Positions 27,805-37,993 of a stretch of 52,702 nt of DNA are shown piece by piece (the first letter of the stretch is position 1; every line of letters starts with the position of its first letter). Both the position numbers and the translations under genes were made by a program. The notes under the pieces were generated by a model, which saw only the letters and a list, made by a program, of their open reading frames with translations, did no database searches and had not been told where the DNA came from. The DNA is from a bacterium (lineage in GTDB: Bacteria; Krumholzibacteriota; Krumholzibacteriia; LZORAL124-64-63), in NCBI GenBank assembly GCA_043823125.1, contig JBDRBC010000437.1, forward strand, positions 1 to 52,702. The letters are read 5' to 3'.

Positions 27805-28540
27805 CTTCGTTCTCCTCGCTCGCCAGCGGCAGTGACCAGTTGAAGTCCCGCTCGTTATCCACCATGAGGAAGATTTCGACCCGCCGGTTCCGGTCCCGCC
27901 CTTCGGCGGTGTCGTTGGTCGCTATGGGCTGGAATTCGCCCCGGCCCACGGCAGACATTCGTTCGGGCGCGATGCCCAGCACCTGGAAATGACGGGCCAC
28001 CGCAACCGCTCGCGCAGCGGACAGATCCCAGTTGGACGGAAAGCGGTTCGTGTTGATCGGCACCGAATCGGTATGCCCCTCGATGCGCAACGGATAGGGG
28101 AATTTCTCGCAAAAGGCGTCGAGCTTTTCCAGCACCGCCACGGTCGTCTCTTTCAGATCAGCGGTTCCCGAAGCGAACAGGAACGGCGCGTTGATCCGGA
28201 AATTGACCCCCTGCTCCGTGATCGTGACTTCGACCTCCCGGTCCGCTTGATCGTCGAGCAGGGATTGTTCCAGTTTGCGTACCTCGTAGATGATATCCTC
28301 GCGCTCCTTCTTGGCCAGGTGCGGGATGACCACCTTTTTCAGGTTCACCACCGTGGGGGGTGATTTCATCACGCCGAAGGCGCCCTGCAGCGATATGGCG
28401 GCCTCCTGAAACTTGGCCTCCTGCATGGATGAAAAGCTGACAATGAGGACAAAAAAACAGAGCAGCAAGCTCATCATGTCCCCGTAGGTCATCACCCAGC
28501 CATCGAGGCCTTTTGGGGCTTTTTTCTGTTTACGGGCCAT
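27797..28540 (-). CDS. motB: Stator B subunit (PomB/MotS-like)
   Basis: WVMTYGDMMSLLLCFFVLI and an OmpA-like domain (EGHTD, NWDLSAARA, NRRVEI). Confidence 0.96.
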   Translation of the reverse strand: MARKQKKAPKGLDGWVMTYGDMMSLLLCFFVLIVSFSSMQEAKFQEAAISLQGAFGVMKSPPTVVNLKKVVIPHLAKKEREDIIYEVRKLEQSLLDDQADREVEVTITEQGVNFRINAPFLFASGTADLKETTVAVLEKLDAFCEKFPYPLRIEGHTDSVPINTNRFPSNWDLSAARAVAVARHFQVLGIAPERMSAVGRGEFQPIATNDTAEGRDRNRRVEIFLMVDNERDFNWSLPLASEENEDG

Positions 28541-28564
28541 ACGCGTGCGCTCCGCTCTGCGGGG

Positions 28565-29350
28565 TTAGGCGGCCGCCTTTTCCTTGCTCGCGTCGAGCTT
28601 GCGCCGGTTGGCGGGCGAGAGGAAGGAACGGAGTTTCTCCTCCACGATCCGGGGTGAGTCGCCACTCTGGATGGCCATGATGCCGTCGATGACCATCTCC
28701 TTGACGAGCATCTCCTCCTCCGAGCGCGTGCCGAGCTTGTTCGCCATGGGCAGGAAGAAGGCGTTGGCCAGCACGGCGCCGTAGAAGGTGGTGATCAACG
28801 CCGTGGCCATGCCGGCGCCGATGCTGCTCGGATCCTCCAGCGCCGACAGCATGTTGACCAGTCCCACCAGGGTGCCGATCATGCCGAAGGCCGGCGCGAA
28901 GGTGCCGCCGGTATCCAGGATCCTTTTCCCTTCCTGGTGCCGGGCATCGATCTGGGCGATGTCGGTTTTGAGGATCTTCGCCAGCAGTTGCGGATCGGTC
29001 CCGTCCACCGCCAGCCGCAACCCCTTGCGCAAGAAATCGTCATCCTCGTTTTCGGAGTCCTCTTCCAGGGCCAGGATACCTTCCCGGCGCGCTCGTTCCG
29101 CGTACCCCACCATCTTGCCGATGACGGCGTCCGGATCGGGCGCGGCGAACAGGATGGTCTTCTTGATGACTTTCGTCAGACCGATCACCTTGGGTAACGG
29201 CGTGCTGATCATGATGGCGGCCAGCGTGCCGCCGACCACCATGGCCATGGAAGGCACATCGACGAATCCGCTCAGGGATCCACCCAGGTTGATGGCCCAG
29301 ATAATGAGACCAAAGGCCGCGACAATCCCGACTATGGTTGCGATGTCCAC
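28565..29350 (-). CDS. motA: Stator A subunit (PomA/MotP-like)
   Basis: ARREGILALE, APAFGMIGTLVGLV and MATALITTFYG. Confidence 0.96.
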   Translation of the reverse strand: MDIATIVGIVAAFGLIIWAINLGGSLSGFVDVPSMAMVVGGTLAAIMISTPLPKVIGLTKVIKKTILFAAPDPDAVIGKMVGYAERARREGILALEEDSENEDDDFLRKGLRLAVDGTDPQLLAKILKTDIAQIDARHQEGKRILDTGGTFAPAFGMIGTLVGLVNMLSALEDPSSIGAGMATALITTFYGAVLANAFFLPMANKLGTRSEEEMLVKEMVIDGIMAIQSGDSPRIVEEKLRSFLSPANRRKLDASKEKAAA

Positions 29351-29388
29351 TACGGAACCCTTCGCCTAGCTCGACTCAGCTATTGATG

Positions 29389-29613
29389 TCAACCTTCGTA
29401 CACCGAACCGGTGCCGCCGGTGGGCACCGGGTAACAACGAGATGTCGCCCGGTACCCCACGGTCTTCTGAATGACTTCATCGAGCGGCTCGAGCACCAGG
29501 ATCTTGCGCCCGGTGGTCAATGTGATCAGGGTGTCCGGCGTGCTCTCGATGAACTCGATGAGATCGGCGTTCACCACCAGTTCGTTCCCATTTAACTTCG
29601 TTACTTTAATCAT
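29389..29613 (-). CDS. flbD: FlbD/SwrD family flagellar protein
   Basis: MIKVTKLNG...NADLIEFIESTPDTLITLTTG, located between flgE and motA. Confidence 0.93.
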   Translation of the reverse strand: MIKVTKLNGNELVVNADLIEFIESTPDTLITLTTGRKILVLEPLDEVIQKTVGYRATSRCYPVPTGGTGSVYEG

Positions 29614-29645
29614 CTACTTTAGCTCCTTACGGGCTAACCCCCTAC

Positions 29646-31745
29646 TTACCGGAGGATCGACACCATCTCCTGCAGGATCTGGTCGCCGGCCGTGATGACC
29701 CGGGCGTTGGCCTGGAAGGCGCGCTGGGCCACCACCAGGCGGGTGAACTGCTCCGCCAGATCAACGTTGGACGATTCCAGGGTGCCGGGCACCAACGAAG
29801 TGCCGTGACCCTCGCCGGGGAAGGTTGCCAGCGGCGTACCGGAGTTACCGCTGCGCCGGTAGGTGTTGTCCGCAGCGCGGGACAGACCGGCCGGGTTGCT
29901 GAACTGCACCAACCCGATCCGCGCCAGGTTCTGCACCGTATCGTTGGAATAGTGCCCGATGATCAAACCGTTCTGATCGATCTCGAAATCCACCAGCGAA
30001 CCGGTTGTGTAGCCGTCGGCGAGCGCCTGCAGGCTGCCGCTGGCGTCGAACTGGGTCAGACCGTCCAGTTGGCCGAGCGTGCCGAAATCGATATCCAGGG
30101 TCACCAGATCGGCTCCCTCCTCGCCGATGGGTTGCGGCCGGAAGGTGAGCTGGCTCGATCCGTCGTCGAAGGTGAAGCTGCTGACGGCGCCGTTCTCGGT
30201 GAAACGAGCGCGGCCCTGGCTGCCCAGCAAGATGGCCTCGTCACCCTCCATTTCGGCCCGCCAGATCCACTCGTTCAGGCCCGATTCTTTCTGGAACACG
30301 AAGTGGATGGTGTGCCCGGTGCCGAGGGAGTCGAACACGGTGGTGGCCACGGAGAACGACTGCTCGTCACGCGCCTCCTGGGTCTCCAGGAAGTGAAAGG
30401 AGCTCTCCATCACGTCGTTGGACGCACCCGGTCCGAGTACCTCACGGATGGTGATGTCACCGATGGCATTGGTGGTCCCCACGTCGCCACGTACGACAAT
30501 CTGGCCGGTGTCGTTGACGGTCACCGAACCGGAGGCGATGCGGAAGGCGCCCTGGAGTCTGGTCAGGAACTCGTTCAGTGTCGTGGTGTCGTCGACGACC
30601 ATGCTCATGCTGGTGATGGCCTCGCCGCCCTGGGTGCCGTTGATCTCCACCACGGCCGAGCCGGAGGCCATGTCCAGGCCAAGATGCTTACCGTCCACGC
30701 CGTAGAGCCGGGAGAACAGATCGTCGGCCGACGCGGGGGCCCGCATTTCCCCGCGATCCGGGCCATTCTGGGCGGTGTCCGTTGTCGCCCCGGCGGCGAT
30801 TTCCGAGGGGAACGCGAAGTTCTGGTTGAAGTGCACCCGGCCGCCCACGTTGAGCGCCAGGTTGGTGAGAACATCGCCGCCCCCGTTGTCCACCTGGAGC
30901 GCCCCGGTGTTGGTGTTGATCGAAAAGTCGATGTTGCCATATCCAGCATCAAAGAATGACTGGTCCAGCCAGTTCACCAGGTCGTTATACGTATCACCAC
31001 CGCTTCCAGCAACACCACCAACCAGGAACGGGCCGGGGGGCGACCACGGCGTACCGCTGCCGATCATGACCGAGACGGAGATGAGGTCGCCGTCGTGCAA
31101 ACCGAAGGAATTGGCGCCCTGCCCGTACATGTTGGTCAATAGATCGTTACCGTCGGCCACGGCCAGGAAGGTGTCCGACTGGAGCACCGTTTCCATGGCG
31201 TCGGAATCGGAGTCGAGGTTGCCGAACAGCTCCACGTTCTCCGTGGCCTGGGCTTCCATGACCAGGGAGGTATCTATGAACAGGTCATCCAGGGTGCCGG
31301 GCAGGATCTCACCGTCGGCATTGGCCATGACACCCTGGACGTGGTGACCGGTGGCCGGGTTGACCAGGAAGTTATTGCTGTCCAGCCCGAAGGCGCCGGC
31401 GCGGGTGTAGTAGCTGGAGAGGCCGTCGCTCATGATGAAGAAGCCGTCGCCCTGGATGGCCAGATCGGTCTTGATGCCGGTGGTCTGGAAGTTGCCCTGG
31501 TTGAAGTTGGTGTCCACGGACCCGACGATGGTGCCGAGACCGATCTGGATCGGGTTGGTCCCGCCCTGTCCGCCCGAGATGGGACGGCTGGCGGAGCGGA
31601 TGTTCTGGGTCAACATCTCCGCAAAGGTCACCCGGCCCGCCTTGAAGCCGATGGTGTTGCTGTTGGCGATGTTGTTGCTGATGACGTCGATCTCGGTCAG
31701 ATTCGCGGTCAGACCCGAGACACCGGAGTAGAGCGAACGAAACAT
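29646..31745 (-). CDS. flgE: Flagellar hook protein FlgE (large, 699 aa)
   Basis: SLYSGVSGL...NNIANSNTIGFK, DLAIQGDGFF, YTRAGAF and LESSNVDLAEQFTRLVVAQRAFQAN. Confidence 0.97.
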   Translation of the reverse strand: MFRSLYSGVSGLTANLTEIDVISNNIANSNTIGFKAGRVTFAEMLTQNIRSASRPISGGQGGTNPIQIGLGTIVGSVDTNFNQGNFQTTGIKTDLAIQGDGFFIMSDGLSSYYTRAGAFGLDSNNFLVNPATGHHVQGVMANADGEILPGTLDDLFIDTSLVMEAQATENVELFGNLDSDSDAMETVLQSDTFLAVADGNDLLTNMYGQGANSFGLHDGDLISVSVMIGSGTPWSPPGPFLVGGVAGSGGDTYNDLVNWLDQSFFDAGYGNIDFSINTNTGALQVDNGGGDVLTNLALNVGGRVHFNQNFAFPSEIAAGATTDTAQNGPDRGEMRAPASADDLFSRLYGVDGKHLGLDMASGSAVVEINGTQGGEAITSMSMVVDDTTTLNEFLTRLQGAFRIASGSVTVNDTGQIVVRGDVGTTNAIGDITIREVLGPGASNDVMESSFHFLETQEARDEQSFSVATTVFDSLGTGHTIHFVFQKESGLNEWIWRAEMEGDEAILLGSQGRARFTENGAVSSFTFDDGSSQLTFRPQPIGEEGADLVTLDIDFGTLGQLDGLTQFDASGSLQALADGYTTGSLVDFEIDQNGLIIGHYSNDTVQNLARIGLVQFSNPAGLSRAADNTYRRSGNSGTPLATFPGEGHGTSLVPGTLESSNVDLAEQFTRLVVAQRAFQANARVITAGDQILQEMVSILR

Positions 31746-31799
31746 AAAGGGCCTCCTTGCTTATCGCTAAACCGGCCGTCAGTTACGGCCGGACAGGGA

Positions 31800-32450
31800 T
31801 CACATGCTGACTTCCTGGATATCGGAGATGTAGAACTCCTCACCACCCACTTCGATGATGCCGATGTTGTTGATGAAACGGATGCTGTCCACGGGGGCGT
31901 TCATGTACGACCCGTGGGGAATGGTATTGCCATCGGCGTCCCGCACGGTGATGTCCAGCTTGTACTCGCCATCCTCGGCAACCTCGCCGTCGTCGAGTTT
32001 TCCGTCCCACGAGATATCCGCCAGACCGCTGTCGACATCCTTGGTGTAGGTGGTCACCACGGCATTGTTGGCGTCGCGCACCTCGATGGTCGCCGTACCG
32101 CCGCGGTCCACCGCCACCCGGTTACTGGACGCCTCGCCGTCGGTGACATCCACCTGACTGCCAGGCACCGTGACCCGCCGGCCCACCAGCGTCACCAGCA
32201 TGGTGTTGTTGAGGGACTGGGTCATGGCCATGTTATCTTCCAGCCGGGAGTTGATCCCCTCGAGCTGTTCCAGCGAGGAGAGCTGGGAGAGCTGGGAGAT
32301 AAACTGCTGGTTGTCCATGGGGCTCAGCGGATCCTGGTACTTGAGCTGGGTGATCAGCAGATTCAGGAACTGATCCCCCAGTTCGGCTGACGAGGTGCTC
32401 AACCCGGTACTCAGCGCGCTTTGACCTGCTTGGATTGCATCCACCGCCAT
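31800..32450 (-). CDS. flgD: Hook capping protein FlgD
   Basis: FLNLLITQLKYQDPLSPMD and an Ig domain with ISWDGK. Confidence 0.97.
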   Translation of the reverse strand: MAVDAIQAGQSALSTGLSTSSAELGDQFLNLLITQLKYQDPLSPMDNQQFISQLSQLSSLEQLEGINSRLEDNMAMTQSLNNTMLVTLVGRRVTVPGSQVDVTDGEASSNRVAVDRGGTATIEVRDANNAVVTTYTKDVDSGLADISWDGKLDDGEVAEDGEYKLDITVRDADGNTIPHGSYMNAPVDSIRFINNIGIIEVGGEEFYISDIQEVSM

Positions 32451-32471
32451 CGGTCTGCCTCCTTGTTCCCC

Positions 32472-33776
32472 TTACACTCCGGACGACGGCGTGTCACGCC
32501 GCTGCCGATTTTCAACGAACTGTCGGTCGTTTGCCGCTTCTGACTGCGGTTCTGGATTACCGTCGGGGTTGTGCTGTGCGTTTGGATCGTTAGGAGTGTG
32601 CCGATTGTCCTGGTCGTTCGGATCATCCTGGTTATCCTGATTGTATTGACCGTCCTTCGCCTCGCGGGCCTGCCGGATTTCCACCGAGGTCCAGCGATTG
32701 CCCTTGGACACGATGGCCTCCACCAGGTCTTCCGCCCTTTCGCGCAGGGCGGCCGCCACTTCCGGACTGGCGGCGTGGAAGGTGATGATCAGCTTGTCAC
32801 CCTGGGTCTGCAGCTGCACCTCGACCTTCCCCAGGGAGGGCGGGTCGAGTTGCAGGGTGATCCGTTCCTGGCCGTTGGTGACGGTGTCGGGCTGCGTTAT
32901 CTGGTTGAGAATCTGTGTCAGCACCTGGCCGCGGACCTGGCCCGCCTCCGCTTGAGCCTGACTGCCACTGGCAGTGATGTTGATTTCCCTGCTGGTGGTC
33001 TCGCCGCCTCCCAGAAGCGTGACGTGCTGCCAGGTAGTGGACTGCAGCACAGGATCCAGATTCTGTTCAGCCGGCTCCACCGGGAGCATCTGGACCGTAT
33101 CGGTCCTGGTCTGCGTCCCCTGGGGCATCACGACGGCGGGACTGTAGGTAACCGCCGGTGTCGACTGCTGTCCGGGAGGCTGGTCGGTGGTGGTTTCTCC
33201 CTCCCCTTGCTGACTGCTCTTTTCACCGGTCATCGTCGCTTGCAAGGCGCCGAGGTTCAGCAAGACCTGTTCGCCCTGGCTCGGTTGCCCGGTCCCGACC
33301 TTGGTATCCGTACCTGGTGCCAGCGGTGTGGTACTGACCCCGCCGCCCAGAAAAGCCGGGTTCACTCCGGCCAGTTCGCCCTCCGGTTTGGCCTGCCCCA
33401 GAACGGAGGCAAGCAGCACCGCCGGGGGCGGGTTCTTGCCGGGCACCTGGCTCGTGAGGAAGGTCGGCAACTCGGTTTCCACGATGCCGCCGAGCACGTT
33501 GCCCGGCGCTGTTCCCACGGGAACTGCGTTCAGGGCTAATTGGCCGGGATTTGGGCCGGCCGCCGATTCTCCTCCGGAATCGGCCGAACCACTCGTCGGT
33601 TTCTGGGCCGCCAGCAGACCCGGAAACGAGCCCGCGGTTTCGCTGTCACCCGACTTGCCATCAGCACTGTTTCCTGGTTTGGCGCCGATGTTCCCCAGCG
33701 CTTGGATCTCGCGGGGGAGATTCTCGGGCATGGTCAGGCCGCCGGCCGCGCTTTCGATATCGATACGATCCATCAA
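32472..33776 (-). CDS. fliK: Hook-length control protein FliK
   Basis: Low-complexity N-terminus and C-terminal ITLQLDPPSLGKVEVQL. Confidence 0.9.
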   Translation of the reverse strand: MMDRIDIESAAGGLTMPENLPREIQALGNIGAKPGNSADGKSGDSETAGSFPGLLAAQKPTSGSADSGGESAAGPNPGQLALNAVPVGTAPGNVLGGIVETELPTFLTSQVPGKNPPPAVLLASVLGQAKPEGELAGVNPAFLGGGVSTTPLAPGTDTKVGTGQPSQGEQVLLNLGALQATMTGEKSSQQGEGETTTDQPPGQQSTPAVTYSPAVVMPQGTQTRTDTVQMLPVEPAEQNLDPVLQSTTWQHVTLLGGGETTSREINITASGSQAQAEAGQVRGQVLTQILNQITQPDTVTNGQERITLQLDPPSLGKVEVQLQTQGDKLIITFHAASPEVAAALRERAEDLVEAIVSKGNRWTSVEIRQAREAKDGQYNQDNQDDPNDQDNRHTPNDPNAQHNPDGNPEPQSEAANDRQFVENRQRRDTPSSGV

Positions 33777-34300
33777 CCATCTCCCTTGATGCTCATCTGC
33801 ATACTGATCCGGGCAGCCAGCCCCGCATCCATGGCGGACAGGATCTTGGCTGCCGGCCGCTCGTTCATGCGACTCATGATTTCCAGGATGATTTCCATGT
33901 CCAGGGCGGCCAGGATGGGCGCCGCCGCGGCGGGTTTCATGCTCTCGTACATTTTGGCCAGCTTACGGGCCGATTTCTCCTTCTCTGCACTGAAGATCGC
34001 CTGCTGGGATTCCATTTCCTGAATGATGCCGCGGAGCGTCAACGTCGCCTGGTCCATCACTGCTTCCTGCACGTCGAGCTGCTGTCGCAGCACCAGCACA
34101 CCCTCCTTCTCGCACTGAATCCGGTCGCGTTCGGCCGCGATGTCGCGGAATACCCGGTCGCCCGAATCCTGATCGAAGTCACTCAGTTCCGGCACTACCC
34201 GGGCCGGACGCGAAACCGACTGTACTGAGTTGATCACGACAAAGACCGTGCCGAAGATAAGCACGAAGGTGACGGCGGAGAAGATGATCACCAGTTTCAT
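33773..34300 (-). CDS. MotE/FlbB-like (MgtE_N-type) flagellar protein
   Basis: N-terminal TM, coiled coil, then KLAKMYESMKPAAAAPIL...AAKILSAMD. Located between fliJ and fliK. Confidence 0.85.
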   Translation of the reverse strand: MKLVIIFSAVTFVLIFGTVFVVINSVQSVSRPARVVPELSDFDQDSGDRVFRDIAAERDRIQCEKEGVLVLRQQLDVQEAVMDQATLTLRGIIQEMESQQAIFSAEKEKSARKLAKMYESMKPAAAAPILAALDMEIILEIMSRMNERPAAKILSAMDAGLAARISMQMSIKGDG

Positions 34301-34362
34301 CGCTTTTCTCCTTAAGCTTTGACTCGATCTGCCGAAACAGGCAGCGGTACAGGGGGCGCGCA

Positions 34363-34378
34363 CGCAACCCCGGTGCCA
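34363..34378 (-). promoter_or_regulatory. Sigma54 promoter of the motE-like/fliK/flgDE/mot/fliLMNO unit
   Basis: TGGCAC-CGGGG-TTGCG in a 200-bp intergenic gap. Confidence 0.85.
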
Positions 34379-34502
34379 AACACCGGGTCTGCCCCTTATC
34401 GTGCCCCGACCTTGTATCTTCCCAATCGACTAACGGTTGCCAGATCCAAAACCGATCACGGAACTGGCACGATCTTGTCCCGACGGCAACTCTTGCCTCC
34501 GC

Positions 34503-34958
34503 TCACGGCAGGTGTGTCGCCCCGTGCCGCCAGGCGCGCTGGGACCCGACCTCGTCCATCTGCTTGCGCTCCCGACGTTGTTCCTCCTGCTGCCACTCAC
34601 GGTGTTGCTTCGCTTTCAGCCGCTCCAGGACCTCCCGATCCTGATGCGCCCTGGTGAGCAACTGCTGCTGCTTGCGCAGTTCGTCCTGGGCAGCCATCTC
34701 ATCGAGGGCCAGCGCATCCAGCAAGGTCTGCTGCCGGGCGAGGTAATCCGTCTGCATCCGCCAGAGCCAGATGGACGGCGATTGGTTTCGCACCTCGGCT
34801 CCGTCCTGCGCCAGCGTTTTCATGGTGGCCCGTACCAGTTCCTGCCGGCCGCGAATCTTCTGGAGCGTCGCCGCGGCCTGTTGCACTCGCCGCGCCTGCT
34901 GGTCTTCCAGTCGCACCCGGTAACGCAAGACACGCTGGAGCCGAAAACGGAACATCAC
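34503..34958 (-). CDS. fliJ: Flagellar export protein FliJ
   Basis: FRFRLQRVLRYR...ERKQMDE, follows fliI. Confidence 0.93.
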   Translation of the reverse strand: MMFRFRLQRVLRYRVRLEDQQARRVQQAAATLQKIRGRQELVRATMKTLAQDGAEVRNQSPSIWLWRMQTDYLARQQTLLDALALDEMAAQDELRKQQQLLTRAHQDREVLERLKAKQHREWQQEEQRRERKQMDEVGSQRAWRHGATHLP

Positions 34959-36283
34959 GCCACCTCGGCGGCGATGAGCTGCAGCAGACCGGCGAACGAC
35001 TCCTCGATGCTCGCTTTTTCGTCGATGCCCTGCCGCAGGAACTCGATGATGGCCTGTTCCTTGGCGCGAGCCTCGTCAACCAGGGGATCCGACCCGGCCA
35101 CATAGGCGCCGATGTTGATGAGGTCCCGGTTCTCCTCCAAGGCCGTGAGCCAGGTGGCGATCTTGACCCCGGCCTGTTTGACCTTATCGTCCACCACGTC
35201 GTTGCGCAGTCGGCTGATGCTGCCGAGCACATCGATGGCGGGATAGCGGTGCTGTCGGGCCAGATCACGACTCAGCATGAGGTGCCCGTCGAGGATGGCC
35301 CGCATGGCGTCGCCGATGGGGTCGTGGATATCGTCGCCTTCGATGAGCACGGTGAAAAAGGCGGTCATGGCGTTGGTGGCCGACCAGCCGGCCCGTTCGC
35401 ACAGACGCGGCAGCGCCGAGAAGACGGACGGCGTGTAGCCCTTGGTGGTGGGCGGCTCGCCCGCCGCCAGTCCGATCTCGCGCAGGGCCATGGCGAACCG
35501 GGTGGCCGAATCCATGAGGAACAGGACATCGTGGTCGCTGTCCCGGAAGGACTCGGCGATGGACATGGCGGTCTGCGCGCCCTTAACTCGCATCACCGCG
35601 CTCTCGTCGGAGGTCACCACCACCACGACACTACGCGCCAGCCCCTCCGGCCCCAGGTCGCGCTCGATGAACTCCCGTACCTCGCGGCCGCGTTCACCGA
35701 TGAGCGCCAGGACGTTGACCTGCACCCGGGCGTTCCGCGCCAGCATGCCGAGCAACACGCTCTTGCCCACGCCGCTGCCGGCGAAGATCCCCATCCGCTG
35801 CCCGCGGGCCACGGTCACCAGACTATCCAACGCCCGCAGACCGGTTGACAGCGGCGCCGAGTGTCGCTGCCGTGACAGGGCCGGCGGCGGGGTCCCGTTG
35901 AGCCTGGTCCGTGCCTCACGATGGAGCGGCGGACCGCCGTCGATGGGTTGTCCCAGTCCATTCAGCACCCGCCCCAGCAGGGCGTCGCCCGTGGGCACCG
36001 TCAACTGCCGCGCCACCAGGGTCACCACCTGGCCTGGCGCCACGCCCGCTGCTTCTTTGTACGGCATCAGCAACAGGGTTCCGCCCCGGAACCCGATCAC
36101 TTCACACAGCACCGGCGACTCGTGGCGCGAGATCTCGATGCGGCAGAGAGAGCCCACTGGCCCCCCGAGCCCCTCCACCTCGATGACCATACCCACGAGT
36201 TGACTCACCCGACCCACTGGCCGAATCAGATCGAGATTCTGAATATCTTCACGACAGTCACGCCACGGGCGTGTCGATATCAT
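34955..36283 (-). CDS. fliI: Flagellar export ATPase FliI
   Basis: GQRMGIFAGSGVGKS, LIGERGREV and GEPPTTKGY. Start set at MISTRP. Confidence 0.97.
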   Translation of the reverse strand: MISTRPWRDCREDIQNLDLIRPVGRVSQLVGMVIEVEGLGGPVGSLCRIEISRHESPVLCEVIGFRGGTLLLMPYKEAAGVAPGQVVTLVARQLTVPTGDALLGRVLNGLGQPIDGGPPLHREARTRLNGTPPPALSRQRHSAPLSTGLRALDSLVTVARGQRMGIFAGSGVGKSVLLGMLARNARVQVNVLALIGERGREVREFIERDLGPEGLARSVVVVVTSDESAVMRVKGAQTAMSIAESFRDSDHDVLFLMDSATRFAMALREIGLAAGEPPTTKGYTPSVFSALPRLCERAGWSATNAMTAFFTVLIEGDDIHDPIGDAMRAILDGHLMLSRDLARQHRYPAIDVLGSISRLRNDVVDDKVKQAGVKIATWLTALEENRDLINIGAYVAGSDPLVDEARAKEQAIIEFLRQGIDEKASIEESFAGLLQLIAAEVA

Positions 36284-36974
36284 CGTCCCTCTCCATTTCC
36301 GTGAGGTCGCCCTCCAGGTTCTGCTGAATGATTTCCGTGATGGTCGCGAGCTGCTTGGACAAGGTGACATCCCATTCCTGTCGTTCCGTTCGCGCCAGGC
36401 AGCCACCCGCTTCGACCCGGCGGTCTGTCACGACCTTGCTGATCCGCAACTTCTCGAGCAGTTCGGGATCGGTTTTCAAGCGACTGGCATCTTCTGGATT
36501 CACCACCACTTCCAGCGTCGCGCTGGAGTCCAGCTTGTAGAGGACCGTCTCGAGGGTGCGCTGCAGAACCGTCACGTCCAGCGTCACCTCGTGCCGGATG
36601 ATCTTCTCGGCGATACTCAGCGCCAGGGTGGCGGTTTCCCGGGCCAGGATGCCCACATTCTGCTGATTCTCGGTCTGTAGTTGCTGGGCCATATCCGCGA
36701 GGAAATGAGCTGATTGCGCTTCCTGTTCCTTGGCATGCTTTTGATACTTTTCACGGTATGCCGCCTCCACATCGGTCTCGACAAGCTGGTAGAGCTGTTC
36801 CCGCTCGTCACCCGTGAGGTGACCGAGCAACGAATTGCTCCCATCGAAACCGTAAGCCGGTCGGTAATCGCGCAGACGGCTCGCCAACGGGTCGTCAGAC
36901 CATTCCTTACCCACCGGAATGAACGGCTGTTCCGTCGCCGGTGCGGCGAACGGCTCAGGAGACCATTTCTGCAC
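36258..36974 (-). CDS. fliH: Flagellar assembly protein FliH
   Basis: LALSIAEKII, VVVNPED and GGCL, between fliG and fliI. Start approximate. Confidence 0.85.
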   Translation of the reverse strand: MQKWSPEPFAAPATEQPFIPVGKEWSDDPLASRLRDYRPAYGFDGSNSLLGHLTGDEREQLYQLVETDVEAAYREKYQKHAKEQEAQSAHFLADMAQQLQTENQQNVGILARETATLALSIAEKIIRHEVTLDVTVLQRTLETVLYKLDSSATLEVVVNPEDASRLKTDPELLEKLRISKVVTDRRVEAGGCLARTERQEWDVTLSKQLATITEIIQQNLEGDLTEMERDDDIDTPVA

Positions 36975-37953
36975 CAGCACCACCCTTGCCGAGAACGATG
37001 GTGCCAGCCTCTTCGAGACTCCGCACCACTTCCACGATTCTCGCCTGCGCGTCCTGGACATCCGCTACGCGGACGGCGCCCATGTACTCCATGTCTTCCC
37101 GGATCCCGAGGGCGGCCCGCTTGGACATGTTGCGGAAGATCTTGTCCGTGATCTCCTCGGTGGCGCCCTTCAGGGCCATGGTCAGTTCCTTGCCGTCGAT
37201 CTCCTTGAGGATTTCCTGGATGTAGCGGTCGTCCAGTCCCTCGATATCCTCGAAGACGAACATCAGATTCTTCACGTCCGTGGCCACCTCGTCATCGATC
37301 TCCCGCATCTCGTCGAGGATTTCCTGCCAGGTCTCCTTGGCGATCTCGTTGAGCACCTCGGCCACCTGTTTCTTGCCACCGAACGTCCGTTGCGAGTCAT
37401 TGAATTCGGCCTGGATCTGCCGGCCGAGCACCTGCTCCACCAGCGCCAGGGTTTCCTGATTGGGCTTGTCGAGGATGGCCATGCGGTGCGAGACGTCGCC
37501 CTGCATGGCCGGGGGCAGCATGGCCAGGATCGGTCCACTGTCCCGGGGGTCCATGTACGCCAGCACCACCGCCACCGTCTGCACGTGCTCGTTCTTGAGA
37601 TAGTTGGCCACGGTGAGCGGATCGACGTTACGGAGATGTTCGAAACTCTGGCACTCGGTGTAGTTGGTGGCCCGGTCGAGCATGGAAGTCGCCTTGTGCG
37701 CCCCGAAGGTCGCCTCGAGGATGCTCCTGGCGTACTCCTGACCGCCGAACTCGATACCGGCGGTCTCCTTGCTCTTTTTCACGAATTCCTGCAGCACCCT
37801 CTTCTTCTCGTCACGTCCGACCTGGCCGATCCGGGAGATGGACGCTGTGATCTGCTCGATGAGCGTTTCCGGCATCATCTTCAAAACCGGTCCCGCCGTC
37901 TCGGGTCCGAGCATGATGAGAAAAACCGCTACTTTCCGGATGGTCTCGTTCAA
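36955..37953 (-). CDS. fliG: Motor switch protein FliG
   Basis: KVAVFLIMLG, EHVQTVAVVL, MFVFEDI and NMSKRAA. Confidence 0.97.
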   Translation of the reverse strand: MNETIRKVAVFLIMLGPETAGPVLKMMPETLIEQITASISRIGQVGRDEKKRVLQEFVKKSKETAGIEFGGQEYARSILEATFGAHKATSMLDRATNYTECQSFEHLRNVDPLTVANYLKNEHVQTVAVVLAYMDPRDSGPILAMLPPAMQGDVSHRMAILDKPNQETLALVEQVLGRQIQAEFNDSQRTFGGKKQVAEVLNEIAKETWQEILDEMREIDDEVATDVKNLMFVFEDIEGLDDRYIQEILKEIDGKELTMALKGATEEITDKIFRNMSKRAALGIREDMEYMGAVRVADVQDAQARIVEVVRSLEEAGTIVLGKGGAGAEMVS

Positions 37954-37993
37954 CTCACACCTGGCCTTGCACTCGTTGGTTCAGGTTGCTTTC

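Noticed and set aside
32520-32650. Asp/Asn/Gln/Pro quasi-repeats at the fliK 3' end
   Set aside because: Ordinary low-complexity FliK tail, not a DNA repeat array.
34465-34480. Plus-strand TGGCAC...TTG as an antisense sigma54 promoter
   Set aside because: Spacing is wrong and there is no GC at -12.
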